DNA of 64,000 nt from Polyangia bacterium (GCA_036500205.1 DASYCK010000079.1:40756-104755); one strand, 5' to 3'; positions 41,563 to 50,859 are shown, numbered from the stretch's first letter. Program-made: numbers and translations. Notes: generated from the sequence alone by a model not told the origin.

Positions 41563-44109
41563 ATGTTAAAGCAGGGTTTCTTAGCCGTTGTCGTGGCCAG
41601 CTCTCTCGTCGGCGCTTGCGCCGCCATCTCCGAAACGCCGGGCGACGGAGGCTCCAAGGCCGATGGCACCCATCTCGACGTCGTCACCATCGACGTTCCC
41701 AACGCCGAGAAGATCGTTTCGGATCCCAAGCTGTGCGGCAACAAGACGGTCGACAATGGCGAGGATTGCGACGACGGCAACACGGACAGCGGCGATGGCT
41801 GCAGTTCCCTGTGCCAGCGCGAGCCGGGATATACCTGCAACAACCCCGGACAGCTGTGCGATCCTCCTCGCTGCGGTGACGGCAGCCTGAGCGACAATGA
41901 GAGCTGTGACGACGGCAACACGAGCGGGGGCGACGGCTGCTCGTCGGATTGCAAGACGATCGAGTCGGGGTTCATCTGCCGCGTGCCAGGCAAGCACTGC
42001 ACGCCCATCTGCGGCGACGGGCTGCTGGCCGGCACCGAGACGTGCGACGACGGCAACACCGACAGCGGCGATGGCTGCTCCAGCAGCTGCCTCCTCGAGC
42101 CGGGCGCCACCTGCGACAACTCGAAGCCAAACAAGTGCAAGCCGGCGGTGTGCGGCAACGGCATGGTCGAAGCGGGCGAGTCGTGCGACGCCGGCAGCCT
42201 GAACGGCCTGTTTTACGGCGACGGCAGCGGGTGCTCGAAGACCTGCACGAAGGAGCCCAAGTGCCGCGACGGCAGCGGCACCGTCACCACCCGCGCCTGC
42301 GACACCAGCTGCGGCAACGGCAACGTCGAGACCGGCGAGGACTGCGACGACGGCAACACTGCCGACAACGACGGCTGCTCGCACGATTGCAAGATCGAGG
42401 GGGGCTCGTTCTCGTGCAGCGATCAGATGCTGCCAGACACCGTCGACTGCACGCAATCCGCGAACTCGGGCAAGCAGTGCCTCGAGCTCCCCATCATCTA
42501 CCGCGACTTCAAGAACGAGAGCGTGTCGGGCGGTCACCCCGACTTCTTCTACCTGGGGGCGACGATTCCCAACCCGGTCATGATCTCGGGTGTCCAGGGA
42601 CAGACGGGCTCGATTCCGTACAGCAAGCGCTACTGCGTGTCGAACTCCGGTGGCCCGGCGAAGAAGAACGACTCCGTGAACCGCTGCTGGGATCTCGCCA
42701 CCCCGAACCTCGATCCGCAAGGGAAGCCGCTGTTCAACAGCGCGCGCCCCAACGGGACCAACTGCGACTGCCAGTTCATCGACTGGAGCCATGACGGCAA
42801 CGGCGGTCACGTCCCCGGCGCCCTCGCCGCGAACAGCCCCACCTACGGCATGCCCACCTACGTCGACGGCGCCAGCGGGCACCCGATGTACCGCGGTCTC
42901 GCCCCCATCGTCTCCAGCAAGGACACCTTCGCGCAGTGGTTCCGGGACACCATGTACAACCCGGGCAGCACGCACGCCGTGGGCAACCTGGAGATGGCCG
43001 CCACCGGCACCGCGAATCAGTACCAGTTCTCGAGCCAGCCCAACTCGGTGACGGGCGGCTTCTTCCCGCTCGATCCCATGGCGAACATGTTCCCGCTTTA
43101 CGGCACGGCGCCCGCCGGCCCGGGGACAGTGAAGACGATGCCGGCCCCCTGGAGCGAGGCGCTGCTCTGCAACCTGTGGCCGTACTGGAACACCGGCTCC
43201 ACCTCGTTCGGGGCGGCCAACGGCTGCAAGGGCGATCAGTACCTGTTCCCCCCCAGCACCACCACCGCGGGCGGCGCCTGGACCACGGGCATGCAGGGTT
43301 GGTATCACGACGCCTGGTACTCGACCGAGGCGCGCTACCTGTTCAACTTCACCGACCAGTTCAGCCTGCAGTTCTACGGCGACGACGACATGTTCATCTA
43401 CATCAACGGCATCCAGGTGCTGGATCTGGGCGGCGTGCACCAGAGACTTCCCGGCCGCGTCGACGTCAGCGCCACAGGCATGGCGACGATCGTCGAGGGT
43501 GGTTCGCTCGACGCCGCGGGCATGAACATCCTCCCCTGCCCCTCTGCGGATCCGTACACGATGTTGACCACGAACAGCATGACGAACGTCGACGGGAACG
43601 GTCACAGCAACTGCACCATCGCCAACTGCGATTGCCGCAACCGGTCGGTAGACCTGAAGCTGAGCAAGGGGAGCACCTACGAGATCGCCGTCTTCAGCAC
43701 CGACCGTCACCCCACCGAGTCGAACTACCAGTTGACGTTGAGTGGTTTCGCCACCAAGCGGACCGTCTGCATGCCGGTCTGCGGCGACGGCGTCATCTCG
43801 GGCAGCGAAGAGTGCGACGACGGCGCCAATAACCAGGACAACGCGTACGGCGCCTGCACGAAGGACTGCAAGTACGGTCCGTATTGCGGCGACGGCAACA
43901 CCGATTCGCCCAACGAAGCCTGTGATGACGGCGCCAAGAATGGCGCCTCGTACAGCACCAGCCCTACGAGCGGCTGTACGTTCACCTGCCAGAAGCCGCA
44001 CTTCTGCGGCGACGGCATGCTGGATCCGCAAGAAGAGTGCGACCTCGGCGACCAGAACGGCAAGTCCGGCAGCGTCTGCGGCGCCGACTGCAAGAAGATC
44101 ATCGGCTGA
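41563..44109 (+). CDS. Lipoprotein with Myxococcus-type cysteine-rich repeats flanking a fibro-slime (PA14-like) domain, paralog 2
   Basis: SD CAGGAGA. Lipobox LVGAC. Same 5 + core + 3 layout as paralog 1. Core LELPIIYRDFKNESVSGGHPDF ... LQFYGDDDMFIYINGIQVLDLGGVHQ. Confidence 0.85.
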   Translation: MLKQGFLAVVVASSLVGACAAISETPGDGGSKADGTHLDVVTIDVPNAEKIVSDPKLCGNKTVDNGEDCDDGNTDSGDGCSSLCQREPGYTCNNPGQLCDPPRCGDGSLSDNESCDDGNTSGGDGCSSDCKTIESGFICRVPGKHCTPICGDGLLAGTETCDDGNTDSGDGCSSSCLLEPGATCDNSKPNKCKPAVCGNGMVEAGESCDAGSLNGLFYGDGSGCSKTCTKEPKCRDGSGTVTTRACDTSCGNGNVETGEDCDDGNTADNDGCSHDCKIEGGSFSCSDQMLPDTVDCTQSANSGKQCLELPIIYRDFKNESVSGGHPDFFYLGATIPNPVMISGVQGQTGSIPYSKRYCVSNSGGPAKKNDSVNRCWDLATPNLDPQGKPLFNSARPNGTNCDCQFIDWSHDGNGGHVPGALAANSPTYGMPTYVDGASGHPMYRGLAPIVSSKDTFAQWFRDTMYNPGSTHAVGNLEMAATGTANQYQFSSQPNSVTGGFFPLDPMANMFPLYGTAPAGPGTVKTMPAPWSEALLCNLWPYWNTGSTSFGAANGCKGDQYLFPPSTTTAGGAWTTGMQGWYHDAWYSTEARYLFNFTDQFSLQFYGDDDMFIYINGIQVLDLGGVHQRLPGRVDVSATGMATIVEGGSLDAAGMNILPCPSADPYTMLTTNSMTNVDGNGHSNCTIANCDCRNRSVDLKLSKGSTYEIAVFSTDRHPTESNYQLTLSGFATKRTVCMPVCGDGVISGSEECDDGANNQDNAYGACTKDCKYGPYCGDGNTDSPNEACDDGAKNGASYSTSPTSGCTFTCQKPHFCGDGMLDPQEECDLGDQNGKSGSVCGADCKKIIG

Positions 44110-44113
44110 TCGT

Positions 44114-44136
44114 GGGGGGTTACTCCCCCCTGTTTG
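44114..44136 (+). terminator. Candidate intrinsic terminator after paralog 2
   Basis: GGGGGG-TTACT-CCCCCC hairpin followed by TGTTTG, 5 nt after the stop at 44109. Confidence 0.5.
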
Positions 44137-44245
44137 CCGTCGAGGCCGATGCTCCCGGCCGTCGCTCGGGCGCAGAGGCCACGGCTTCGGGCCCGCACGA
44201 CATCAACCGATTCGTGACGTCGTTCCATTGCCGATGGTGGGATGT

Positions 44246-44275
44246 TTGACAGCGCGAAACGGTGGCCCCTAAGAT
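44246..44275 (+). promoter_or_regulatory. Candidate sigma-70-type promoter
   Basis: TTGACA (44246-44251), 18-nt spacer, TAAGAT (44270-44275). SD GGGGGAGGGA (44297-44306) precedes ATG 44311. Confidence 0.55.
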
Positions 44276-44310
44276 CGACCCCGGCGAAGTTCTCACGGGG
44301 GAGGGATGGC

Positions 44311-45351
44311 ATGTCGTTCAGGGACGAGATCAAGAAGCACGCCGACAAGCACTGGTTCCAGCCCTGCGCCGACGGGCTGGTCTGGGTGAGCTACAAGGGC
44401 ATCGACGTCCGGCGAGCCATCGCCGAGCAGAAGCCGCCGGGGCAATGGACCGGGGCATTCCTGAACTACACCTCTGGCGGCACGGATCGGGCCGAGGGGC
44501 TCTTCCTCATCAAGACGGGCGAGCAGGCGGCGGCGCTGAAGACGTGGAACGTGGAGTCGTGCCCATCCGCCGTCATGCTCGCCACGTTCCACGACAAGCG
44601 GAAGGACGATCCCAACTTTCCCCCCAACAAGCCGCCCAAGGACTTCGGGCTGAACGACTGCACGCACTTCACGTCCGAGTGCGTGGTCACGGGGGGCGGG
44701 CTCCCCGCCGCGCTGCTGTCGATCGATGCGGGACAGTTCTTCAACAGCCTCTACGCCAGCAGCACCACGAAGACCTTGGCGCGGGTGGTGCCGATCGAGG
44801 ACGCGCGCAAGATCATCGAGGCGCCGCTGTCCCCCTTCAAGACGGGTGACGTCATCATCTACTCGGGCGGCCCCACCGACCATCACCACGGCGTGGTTCA
44901 CATGGGGGCGGGCGCGATAGCGATGCACACCATCTCGATTCATCGCAGCCACCCCACGCTGAGCGGCTCCGCTTTCTGGGACAGGCTGAGCGGCGACGCG
45001 CACCACAACAAGGTCACGCTGTATCACTTCAACCTGGACGACACGGTCCCCACGACGGCGGCGTTCATGCCAGGCTGGTGGCGCGTCACGCAGGGCTCGG
45101 ACACCTGGTACTACTTCTTCGACCTCCACAACGCCCGGGTCATGTACACCGAGCGCGCCCCCACGAACCTCAAGGCCGCCCCCGGCGCCCCCGACGGTAA
45201 GGGCTACTGGTTCGAGGACGGAAATTTCCTCAGCCTGTGCTGGAGTCACAGCGGAACGTTCGAGCGATTCACCTTCGCGCCAGCACCGTCGGTCACCACC
45301 TTGAAGGGCACGTCGAACGGCGCGCCGGGGTTGGTCGCGACCAAGCTGTGA
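44311..45351 (+). CDS. Leaderless papain-fold (Amidase_6 / NlpC-P60-like) Cys-His protein with unassigned C-terminal domain
   Basis: ORF 44242..45351(+). ATG 44311 is preferred because it has a strong SD and ATG 44242 overlaps the -35. No signal peptide. Candidate catalytic Cys in GLNDCTHFTSECV, candidate His in DHHHGVVHMG. The last ~110 aa are unassigned. Confidence 0.55.
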   Translation: MSFRDEIKKHADKHWFQPCADGLVWVSYKGIDVRRAIAEQKPPGQWTGAFLNYTSGGTDRAEGLFLIKTGEQAAALKTWNVESCPSAVMLATFHDKRKDDPNFPPNKPPKDFGLNDCTHFTSECVVTGGGLPAALLSIDAGQFFNSLYASSTTKTLARVVPIEDARKIIEAPLSPFKTGDVIIYSGGPTDHHHGVVHMGAGAIAMHTISIHRSHPTLSGSAFWDRLSGDAHHNKVTLYHFNLDDTVPTTAAFMPGWWRVTQGSDTWYYFFDLHNARVMYTERAPTNLKAAPGAPDGKGYWFEDGNFLSLCWSHSGTFERFTFAPAPSVTTLKGTSNGAPGLVATKL

Positions 45352-45358
45352 GGCGACC

Positions 45359-47341
45359 GTGATGGTCCCGAGGGGGCCACACCGCGCAGGGCTTCGCTTG
45401 TGCGCGGCGCTGCTGTCGCTCGTCGCGGGGGCGTGCCGACGTCCTCATGAGGGCGCTCCCCAGCCGGCCGCCGAAGCGGCGGTTCCCCGCCACGCGGCCG
45501 TCGAGATCTGCGTCGGCACCAGCCATTCGTGCGCGCGCGCGGGCGACGGAAGCGTGGCCTGCTGGGGCGACAACACGAGCCACCAGATCGCCCTCTCCGA
45601 CGACGCGCAATTCGACGCGCCCCACCTGGTTGACGCCCTCCCCCGGGCCGTCGTCCTGCGTTGCGGCTCGGTGGCGACCTGCGTCCTCGACGCCGGGGGT
45701 GACATCCACTGCATCGGCGGCGGCGACACGACGGTTCTTCACCTTCATCCACCGGCGCCCGCGCGCGATCTCGTGCCGACGTCGTTCGCGCTGTGCGCAC
45801 GTCTCGCCACCGGAGCCATCGTCTGCTGGGATGGCCCGGAAGGCACGCCCCCCATGAGTGTCGCGGCGGCCACGGGCGCGACCGGCTTCGCCACGGCCGC
45901 GTTCGACGCCAGGCGGGTCTGCGTGATGACCGGTGAGCGCGCGCCCGTCTGTTTCGACGCGCAGCTCTGGGACGCGCTGGCCTCGGGCCCGCACCTCGAC
46001 GTGCGCGCGGTGGAGCGGCTCGACGATCTGGCGGGGGCACGCGCCCTCGCGGTCGCGGGGGTCGATCGCGAGCTCGTCTGCGCGCTGCGGCCGGGCGTCG
46101 GCGACGCCTGCCAACGCGCCACCGGAGCGCCGTTCACGCTGCCCTGGACGCCCGCCCCCGGCGAAGTGGCGAGCGGATTCGCCGCGGCGTTCGGGGAGAC
46201 CACCTGCCTGCGCATCGCCGCGGGGGGCAGCGCCCGGGGAATCCGTTGCTTCGGAACACCGCTGTCGCCGCTCGCCGAGGCCACGCCCGCGCGCGCGACC
46301 GCGCTCGCGCTGTCCGCTTCTCACGCCTGCGCGCTCGACGACGAGGGAATTCACTGCTGGGGACGAGCCTCCCGGGGGCAGGTCGGCGGCGGGAGCCCCT
46401 ACGTGCATGGCGCTCCCGTGCCGGTGTCCGCCCTGGACGACGCCGTCTTGCTGGGCGCCGGCGCGGCGCGGGCTTGCGCGCTTCGTGTCGGCGGAACGCT
46501 CACCTGCTGGGGGCGCGGGCCCGCCAGGCAGGACTTCGCGCCGGCCGAGCTGCCACACCTGACGGGGGGCACGCCGGTCCTCGAGCTCTCGCCCGGCGGC
46601 CCCGATGACCCTGTGTGCGTGAGGCGAGCGGACGGCTGGTGGTGCTCGAATGGCACCGTCTGGTACCCGAGACCGAGGTCGCTGCCGCGGGCGGATCGAC
46701 ACTTTCAGGCCGCTGGCGTGCGCGTGAGCCAGCTCGCGCCCGACGAGGCCTGCGGCGTCGATCAGGCGGGCAAGCTCGTGTGCGCAGGTTGCACCCGCGC
46801 CGATTGCATCGGCTCCCGCGCGCGCGCCGCCATGACCTCGTTCGGCCCTGGAAAGCCCGCCGCGCGCTTCGTGCAGGCGACCTCGATCTTCGAACACGGC
46901 GCCGAGAGCTTCCTCTGCGGGCTGACCGACGCAGGAGGGGTGCGTTGCTTCCACGCCGAGAAGGCCCCCTTCGCGCACGTCGCCGCTCCCACCGCCGTGG
47001 TCGAGCCGACGCTCGACGCGCTGAGGGGCGTCGTGCAGGTGGCGGCTGGCGGCAACGACGACGAAGGGTTCGCCTGTGCCCTCGATCGCGCCGGCGCCGT
47101 TCACTGCTGGGGCGCCGGTCGCTTCGGTCAGCTGGGCAGCGCCCCCATCGCGTGGCGCGCCGCCGCGGCGCGCGTGGAGGGTCTCCCCCCCGCCGTGCAG
47201 ATCGCCGTCGGCACCACGTTCGCGTGCGCGCGCACCGCGGATCACCACGTCTGGTGCTGGGGGAGTAACCGCGAGGGGGCGGTCCCCGATGGAAATCCCG
47301 CCCAAGCCCTCCGCCCGGTGACGGTCGCGTGGCCAAAGTGA
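45359..47341 (+). CDS. RCC1-repeat beta-propeller lipoprotein
   Basis: Starts 8 bp after the previous stop. Lipobox LVAGAC. Recurrent blade motifs VACWGDNTSHQIA, IHCWGRASRGQVGGG, LTCWGRGP, VHCWGAGRFGQLGS, VWCWGSNREGAV. Confidence 0.8.
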   Translation: MMVPRGPHRAGLRLCAALLSLVAGACRRPHEGAPQPAAEAAVPRHAAVEICVGTSHSCARAGDGSVACWGDNTSHQIALSDDAQFDAPHLVDALPRAVVLRCGSVATCVLDAGGDIHCIGGGDTTVLHLHPPAPARDLVPTSFALCARLATGAIVCWDGPEGTPPMSVAAATGATGFATAAFDARRVCVMTGERAPVCFDAQLWDALASGPHLDVRAVERLDDLAGARALAVAGVDRELVCALRPGVGDACQRATGAPFTLPWTPAPGEVASGFAAAFGETTCLRIAAGGSARGIRCFGTPLSPLAEATPARATALALSASHACALDDEGIHCWGRASRGQVGGGSPYVHGAPVPVSALDDAVLLGAGAARACALRVGGTLTCWGRGPARQDFAPAELPHLTGGTPVLELSPGGPDDPVCVRRADGWWCSNGTVWYPRPRSLPRADRHFQAAGVRVSQLAPDEACGVDQAGKLVCAGCTRADCIGSRARAAMTSFGPGKPAARFVQATSIFEHGAESFLCGLTDAGGVRCFHAEKAPFAHVAAPTAVVEPTLDALRGVVQVAAGGNDDEGFACALDRAGAVHCWGAGRFGQLGSAPIAWRAAAARVEGLPPAVQIAVGTTFACARTADHHVWCWGSNREGAVPDGNPAQALRPVTVAWPK

Positions 47342-47381
47342 TCGCCGTGAAACCTACAAATGCCTTACGCTAGGAGGCACC

Positions 47382-48011
47382 ATGCCGAAGAAAGAACAGG
47401 AACGAACAGAGCAAGAGCTTTTCTGGGAAGGGTCATTCGGCAAGGAGTACACCGCCCGCAATCGGGCCGAGGCGTGGGTCCCCAGCACCACGGCCTTCTT
47501 CGCCAGGATCCTGGCGGGCACGCGCGGGGTGGCCTCCGTCCTCGAGTTCGGCTCCAACCTCGGCATCAACCTGCGCGCCTTGCACAACCTGCTTCCGGCG
47601 GCGGAGCTCTCCGCGATCGAGATCAACGAAGAGGCCGTGGCAGAGCTGACCAGCTGGGGGAAGACCAAGATCTATCACCAGTCCATCCTCGACTTCACCG
47701 TCGACTACCAGCGCGACTTGACCCTCATCAAGGGCGTCCTCATCCACATCAATCCCGACCGGCTCGGGGACGTGTACGCGCGGCTCGTTGAGGCGTCGAG
47801 GCGCTACATCGTGGTCGCGGAGTACTACAACCCCTCCCCCGTCGCCATTCCCTACCGGGGCCACGCCGACAAGCTCTTCAAGCGGGACTTCGCCGGCGAG
47901 ATGCTCGACGCCCACCAGAACCTGCGCCTCCGCGACTACGGCTTCGCCTACCACCGCGATCCCACCTTCCCGCAGGACGACCTCACCTGGTTCCTGCTGG
48001 AAAAGGTTTGA
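47382..48011 (+). CDS. Class I SAM-dependent methyltransferase resembling the pseudaminic-acid-biosynthesis-associated methylase family
   Basis: SD AGGAGG. FWEGSFGKEYTARN, VLEFGSNLGINL (SAM motif I), IKGVLIHINPD, YYNPSPVAIPYRGHADKLFKRDFAGE, DYGFAYHRDPTFPQDDLTWFLLEK. Confidence 0.7.
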   Translation: MPKKEQERTEQELFWEGSFGKEYTARNRAEAWVPSTTAFFARILAGTRGVASVLEFGSNLGINLRALHNLLPAAELSAIEINEEAVAELTSWGKTKIYHQSILDFTVDYQRDLTLIKGVLIHINPDRLGDVYARLVEASRRYIVVAEYYNPSPVAIPYRGHADKLFKRDFAGEMLDAHQNLRLRDYGFAYHRDPTFPQDDLTWFLLEKV

Positions 48012-48015
48012 CCGG

Positions 48016-49371
48016 TTAGGGCGCGCCCAGGACGAAGATCGCGATCTTCAGATAGATCACGATGCCGGCCACGTCGACCAGCGACGCGATGAAGGGGCCA
48101 GACGAGACGGCCGGATCGAAGCCGAGCGCCTTGATGCCGAGCGGCAACAGCGCGCCCACGACCGAGCCGAACGTCACGCACGCCACCAGCGCCAGCCCCA
48201 CCGCCGCCGCCATGCCTCCGCCGCCGCTGTGGCCGACCAGCAGCGCACGCATGAGACCGATGATCCCCAGGAAGACGCCCAAGACCAGCCCCATCCGCAG
48301 TTCCCGGGAGAGGATACGGATCGCGTCGCGCACCCCAACCTCGCCCAGCGCCAGCCCCCGGATCACCAGCGATGACGCCTGCGACCCGGTGTTCCCCCCC
48401 GAAGAGATAATCAAGGGTACGAAGACCTCGATGGCCGTGAAGGCGCGCCGCGCCGCCTCGTAGTGCTCGAGCACGCTGGCGGTCAAGATCTCGCCCATGA
48501 AGATGGCGATGAGCCAACCGGCCCGCTTGCGGACGAAGGTCCAGAAGTCGGTCTGGAAATAGCCCCCCTCGGTGGCCTGAACGGCGCCCAGCTTCTGGAT
48601 GTCCTCGGCCTGTTCCTGCTTCAGCACCGTGACCACGTCGTCGACCGTCACGATTCCGAGCAGCTTGCGCGTCTGGTCCACCACCGGCACGGCCAGCAGG
48701 TTGTAGTGGGCGAACAGCCGCGCCACGTCCTCCTGATCCAGATCGGGCTGCACCGAGACGACGTCGGGGTCCATCACCGCCGACAGCGGCTGGCCGGCCC
48801 GCGCCAGAACCAGCGCGCGCAACGACACGGCGCCGAGCAGCGTGCCGTTGGGATCGACCGCGTAGACCTCGTTGATGGTCTCCCGTTCCTCGGCCAGGCG
48901 ACGAACCTCGTCGATGGCGCGCTCCACCGTCAGCGACGGTCCCAGCGCCACGAAGTCGGTGGTCATGCGCCCGCCCGCCGTGTTCTCGGGATAACGCAGC
49001 AGCTCGCGCACGTCGAGCGAAGCGTCCTTCGGCATGCGCGCCAGCAGATCGGCGCTCACCTCGTCGGGGAGCGACTGCACCAGATCGGCGCGCTCGTCGG
49101 GCGACATCGCGTCGGCGATGCGAGCCGCCTTGGCGCGGTCGAGGCGCTGAAACAGCTCGGCGCGCCGCCCCGCCTCCATGGCATCGAGGGCGGCGGCGGC
49201 GTGGCCCTCGTCCAGCGCGCCCAGCATGGTGACCGCCAGCTCGTCGGCCAGCCGGTCGATCAGCTCGGCCAGGTCGGCGCTATGCAGCTCCTCGGCGAGC
49301 TCCGCCGCCTGCGCCGGATCGTTCTTCAGCGTCTCTTCGAGATCGGGCGCGAGGAGGTTGGAGATCTGCAC
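48016..49371 (-). CDS. mgtE: Magnesium transporter MgtE
   Basis: N-domain, tandem CBS domains, and a C-terminal 5-TM domain (PLIISSGGNTGSQASS, GPFIASLVDV). Confidence 0.92.
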   Translation of the reverse strand: MQISNLLAPDLEETLKNDPAQAAELAEELHSADLAELIDRLADELAVTMLGALDEGHAAAALDAMEAGRRAELFQRLDRAKAARIADAMSPDERADLVQSLPDEVSADLLARMPKDASLDVRELLRYPENTAGGRMTTDFVALGPSLTVERAIDEVRRLAEERETINEVYAVDPNGTLLGAVSLRALVLARAGQPLSAVMDPDVVSVQPDLDQEDVARLFAHYNLLAVPVVDQTRKLLGIVTVDDVVTVLKQEQAEDIQKLGAVQATEGGYFQTDFWTFVRKRAGWLIAIFMGEILTASVLEHYEAARRAFTAIEVFVPLIISSGGNTGSQASSLVIRGLALGEVGVRDAIRILSRELRMGLVLGVFLGIIGLMRALLVGHSGGGGMAAAVGLALVACVTFGSVVGALLPLGIKALGFDPAVSSGPFIASLVDVAGIVIYLKIAIFVLGAP

Positions 49372-49401
49372 GGCGCGCGCCCCGAGCTCGACCGGTGACC
49401 G

Positions 49402-50859
49402 TCAGAACGTCCGGACGTCTGCCGCGGTTTGCCCCGCCTGCAGCGGGATGTTGTCGCCCACGCGGAAGTACACGAACGTCTCGTTCGCCGCGCCGACCAT
49501 CAAAAGCCGCGACAGCGACTCGGCGGGACAGGCTGCACCCCCCGCCACGTCGGCCCTGCAGAAGTTCAGCGTGTTCAGCGTGTAGCCAAAGTTGGCGTCG
49601 GTATCGGGCGCGCGATCCGCGTACTCGCCGATCGGGTCCATGGTCGCCGTCGCGGGGTTGTACTTGTAGACGAGCACGTGGCCCGCACCCACCTGCCCGC
49701 CGATGGTGGCGCGCGGATCCGAGATCAGGACCTCGTCACCCGGGATGCCGTCGACATTCAACGTCGCCACCGCGAAGCCGAAGTCGACACCAGCCGGCGT
49801 CGGTGCGATGGCGAGCGGCGTGGGGACCGTACCAAGCGGCACGCCGTTCCAGCCCAGGTAAACGAAGGCCTGCTGACCGGGGGCGCCCACCACCAGGAAG
49901 TCCGGCGCACCGTCGCCGTCCAGATCGCCGGCGGCCAGCGCGTGACCGAACTGCGGCCTCGCCCCCGTCACGCTCGCCAGGCAATTCAGGACGGGCTGGC
50001 CCAGGCTATCGAGGCCAACGTTCAGGATCGACACGGTCCCCATCCCCGTTCCATGCGTCGACCCGACGAACAGCTGCTGCACCGTCGCCCCCGCCGGATC
50101 GGCCCACAGCCGGGCCGCCATCAGCGGCCGGTGCAACAGATACCGGTTGTCCTGCGTGTTGTCGTAGGCGACCTCGCACGCGCCGACGGAGATGGCCCCC
50201 ACCGCCGTGGTCGTGGGCACGCCGTCGACCACGACGGCGACCTCGTTGTCAGACCCGACCACATAGTCGGGCGTGGCCGCCACCCCGGCCAGAAATCCCG
50301 TGGTCACGCCCCGGCCCAACCCCGGATCGGCCGAGCCGAGCGCGGGCACCAGGTACGTCATCGCCACCCCATCGCCCGTCCCTGTCTTGGCGGCGGCGGC
50401 GCCCAGCGCCGACAGATCGGGCAGCGCATAGGTGTAGAGCCGGCCGAAGAACTCGTCGCGAACGACGGGCGAGCCCAGCAGCAGCGTCGTGGGGGCGCTG
50501 CCCGGGACCTCGGCCGCGGAGGTGACGGCCGAGCCGTCCGTGCCGACCAGGGCGGTCCCCGACACCGGGAAGGATGACACCCCGCCGGCGTGGTCGAGCT
50601 TCACCAGCACCATGTGCGTGTCGTTGATGCTGGTGGCGATGAACGCCGCCGCGCTTCCCTGACCGCTGGACAGCGGCGTCAACGACTTCCCGAAGTCTGC
50701 GGAATCGAAGCCGCTGGGGGCGCCGATGCTGCGCACGGGGGCCTTGTCGGCGTCGTCGCCGAACTTGCTCCAGCTGCAGCCGGTGCCGCAAGCCAGCAGC
50801 GACAGGAGCGACAGCAATGACGCTGACGCCGACAGGCGCGGCTTGTCGAGGAAGGTCAT
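49402..50859 (-). CDS. FG-GAP/integrin-alpha-like repeat lipoprotein
   Basis: ATG 50859 within ORF 49402..51039(-). Lipobox-like LLACGTGC. AAGDLDGDGAPDFLVVGAPG, NVDGIPGDEVLISDP. SD GGGGGAGG. The start overlaps the upstream TAA (TAATG). Confidence 0.75.
   Translation of the reverse strand: MTFLDKPRLSASASLLSLLSLLACGTGCSWSKFGDDADKAPVRSIGAPSGFDSADFGKSLTPLSSGQGSAAAFIATSINDTHMVLVKLDHAGGVSSFPVSGTALVGTDGSAVTSAAEVPGSAPTTLLLGSPVVRDEFFGRLYTYALPDLSALGAAAAKTGTGDGVAMTYLVPALGSADPGLGRGVTTGFLAGVAATPDYVVGSDNEVAVVVDGVPTTTAVGAISVGACEVAYDNTQDNRYLLHRPLMAARLWADPAGATVQQLFVGSTHGTGMGTVSILNVGLDSLGQPVLNCLASVTGARPQFGHALAAGDLDGDGAPDFLVVGAPGQQAFVYLGWNGVPLGTVPTPLAIAPTPAGVDFGFAVATLNVDGIPGDEVLISDPRATIGGQVGAGHVLVYKYNPATATMDPIGEYADRAPDTDANFGYTLNTLNFCRADVAGGAACPAESLSRLLMVGAANETFVYFRVGDNIPLQAGQTAADVRTF

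Noticed and set aside
39577-44031. 650-aa and 816-aa minus-strand ORFs (39577..41529, 41581..44031) opposite the fibro-slime genes
   Set aside because: The translations are low-complexity (runs of A/G/R/V) with no motifs. The plus-strand frames carry highly structured Cys repeats, lipoboxes and SD sites.
45293-47305. 670-aa minus-strand ORF opposite the RCC1 lipoprotein gene
   Set aside because: Same GC artefact. The plus-strand frame shows periodic RCC1 blade motifs.
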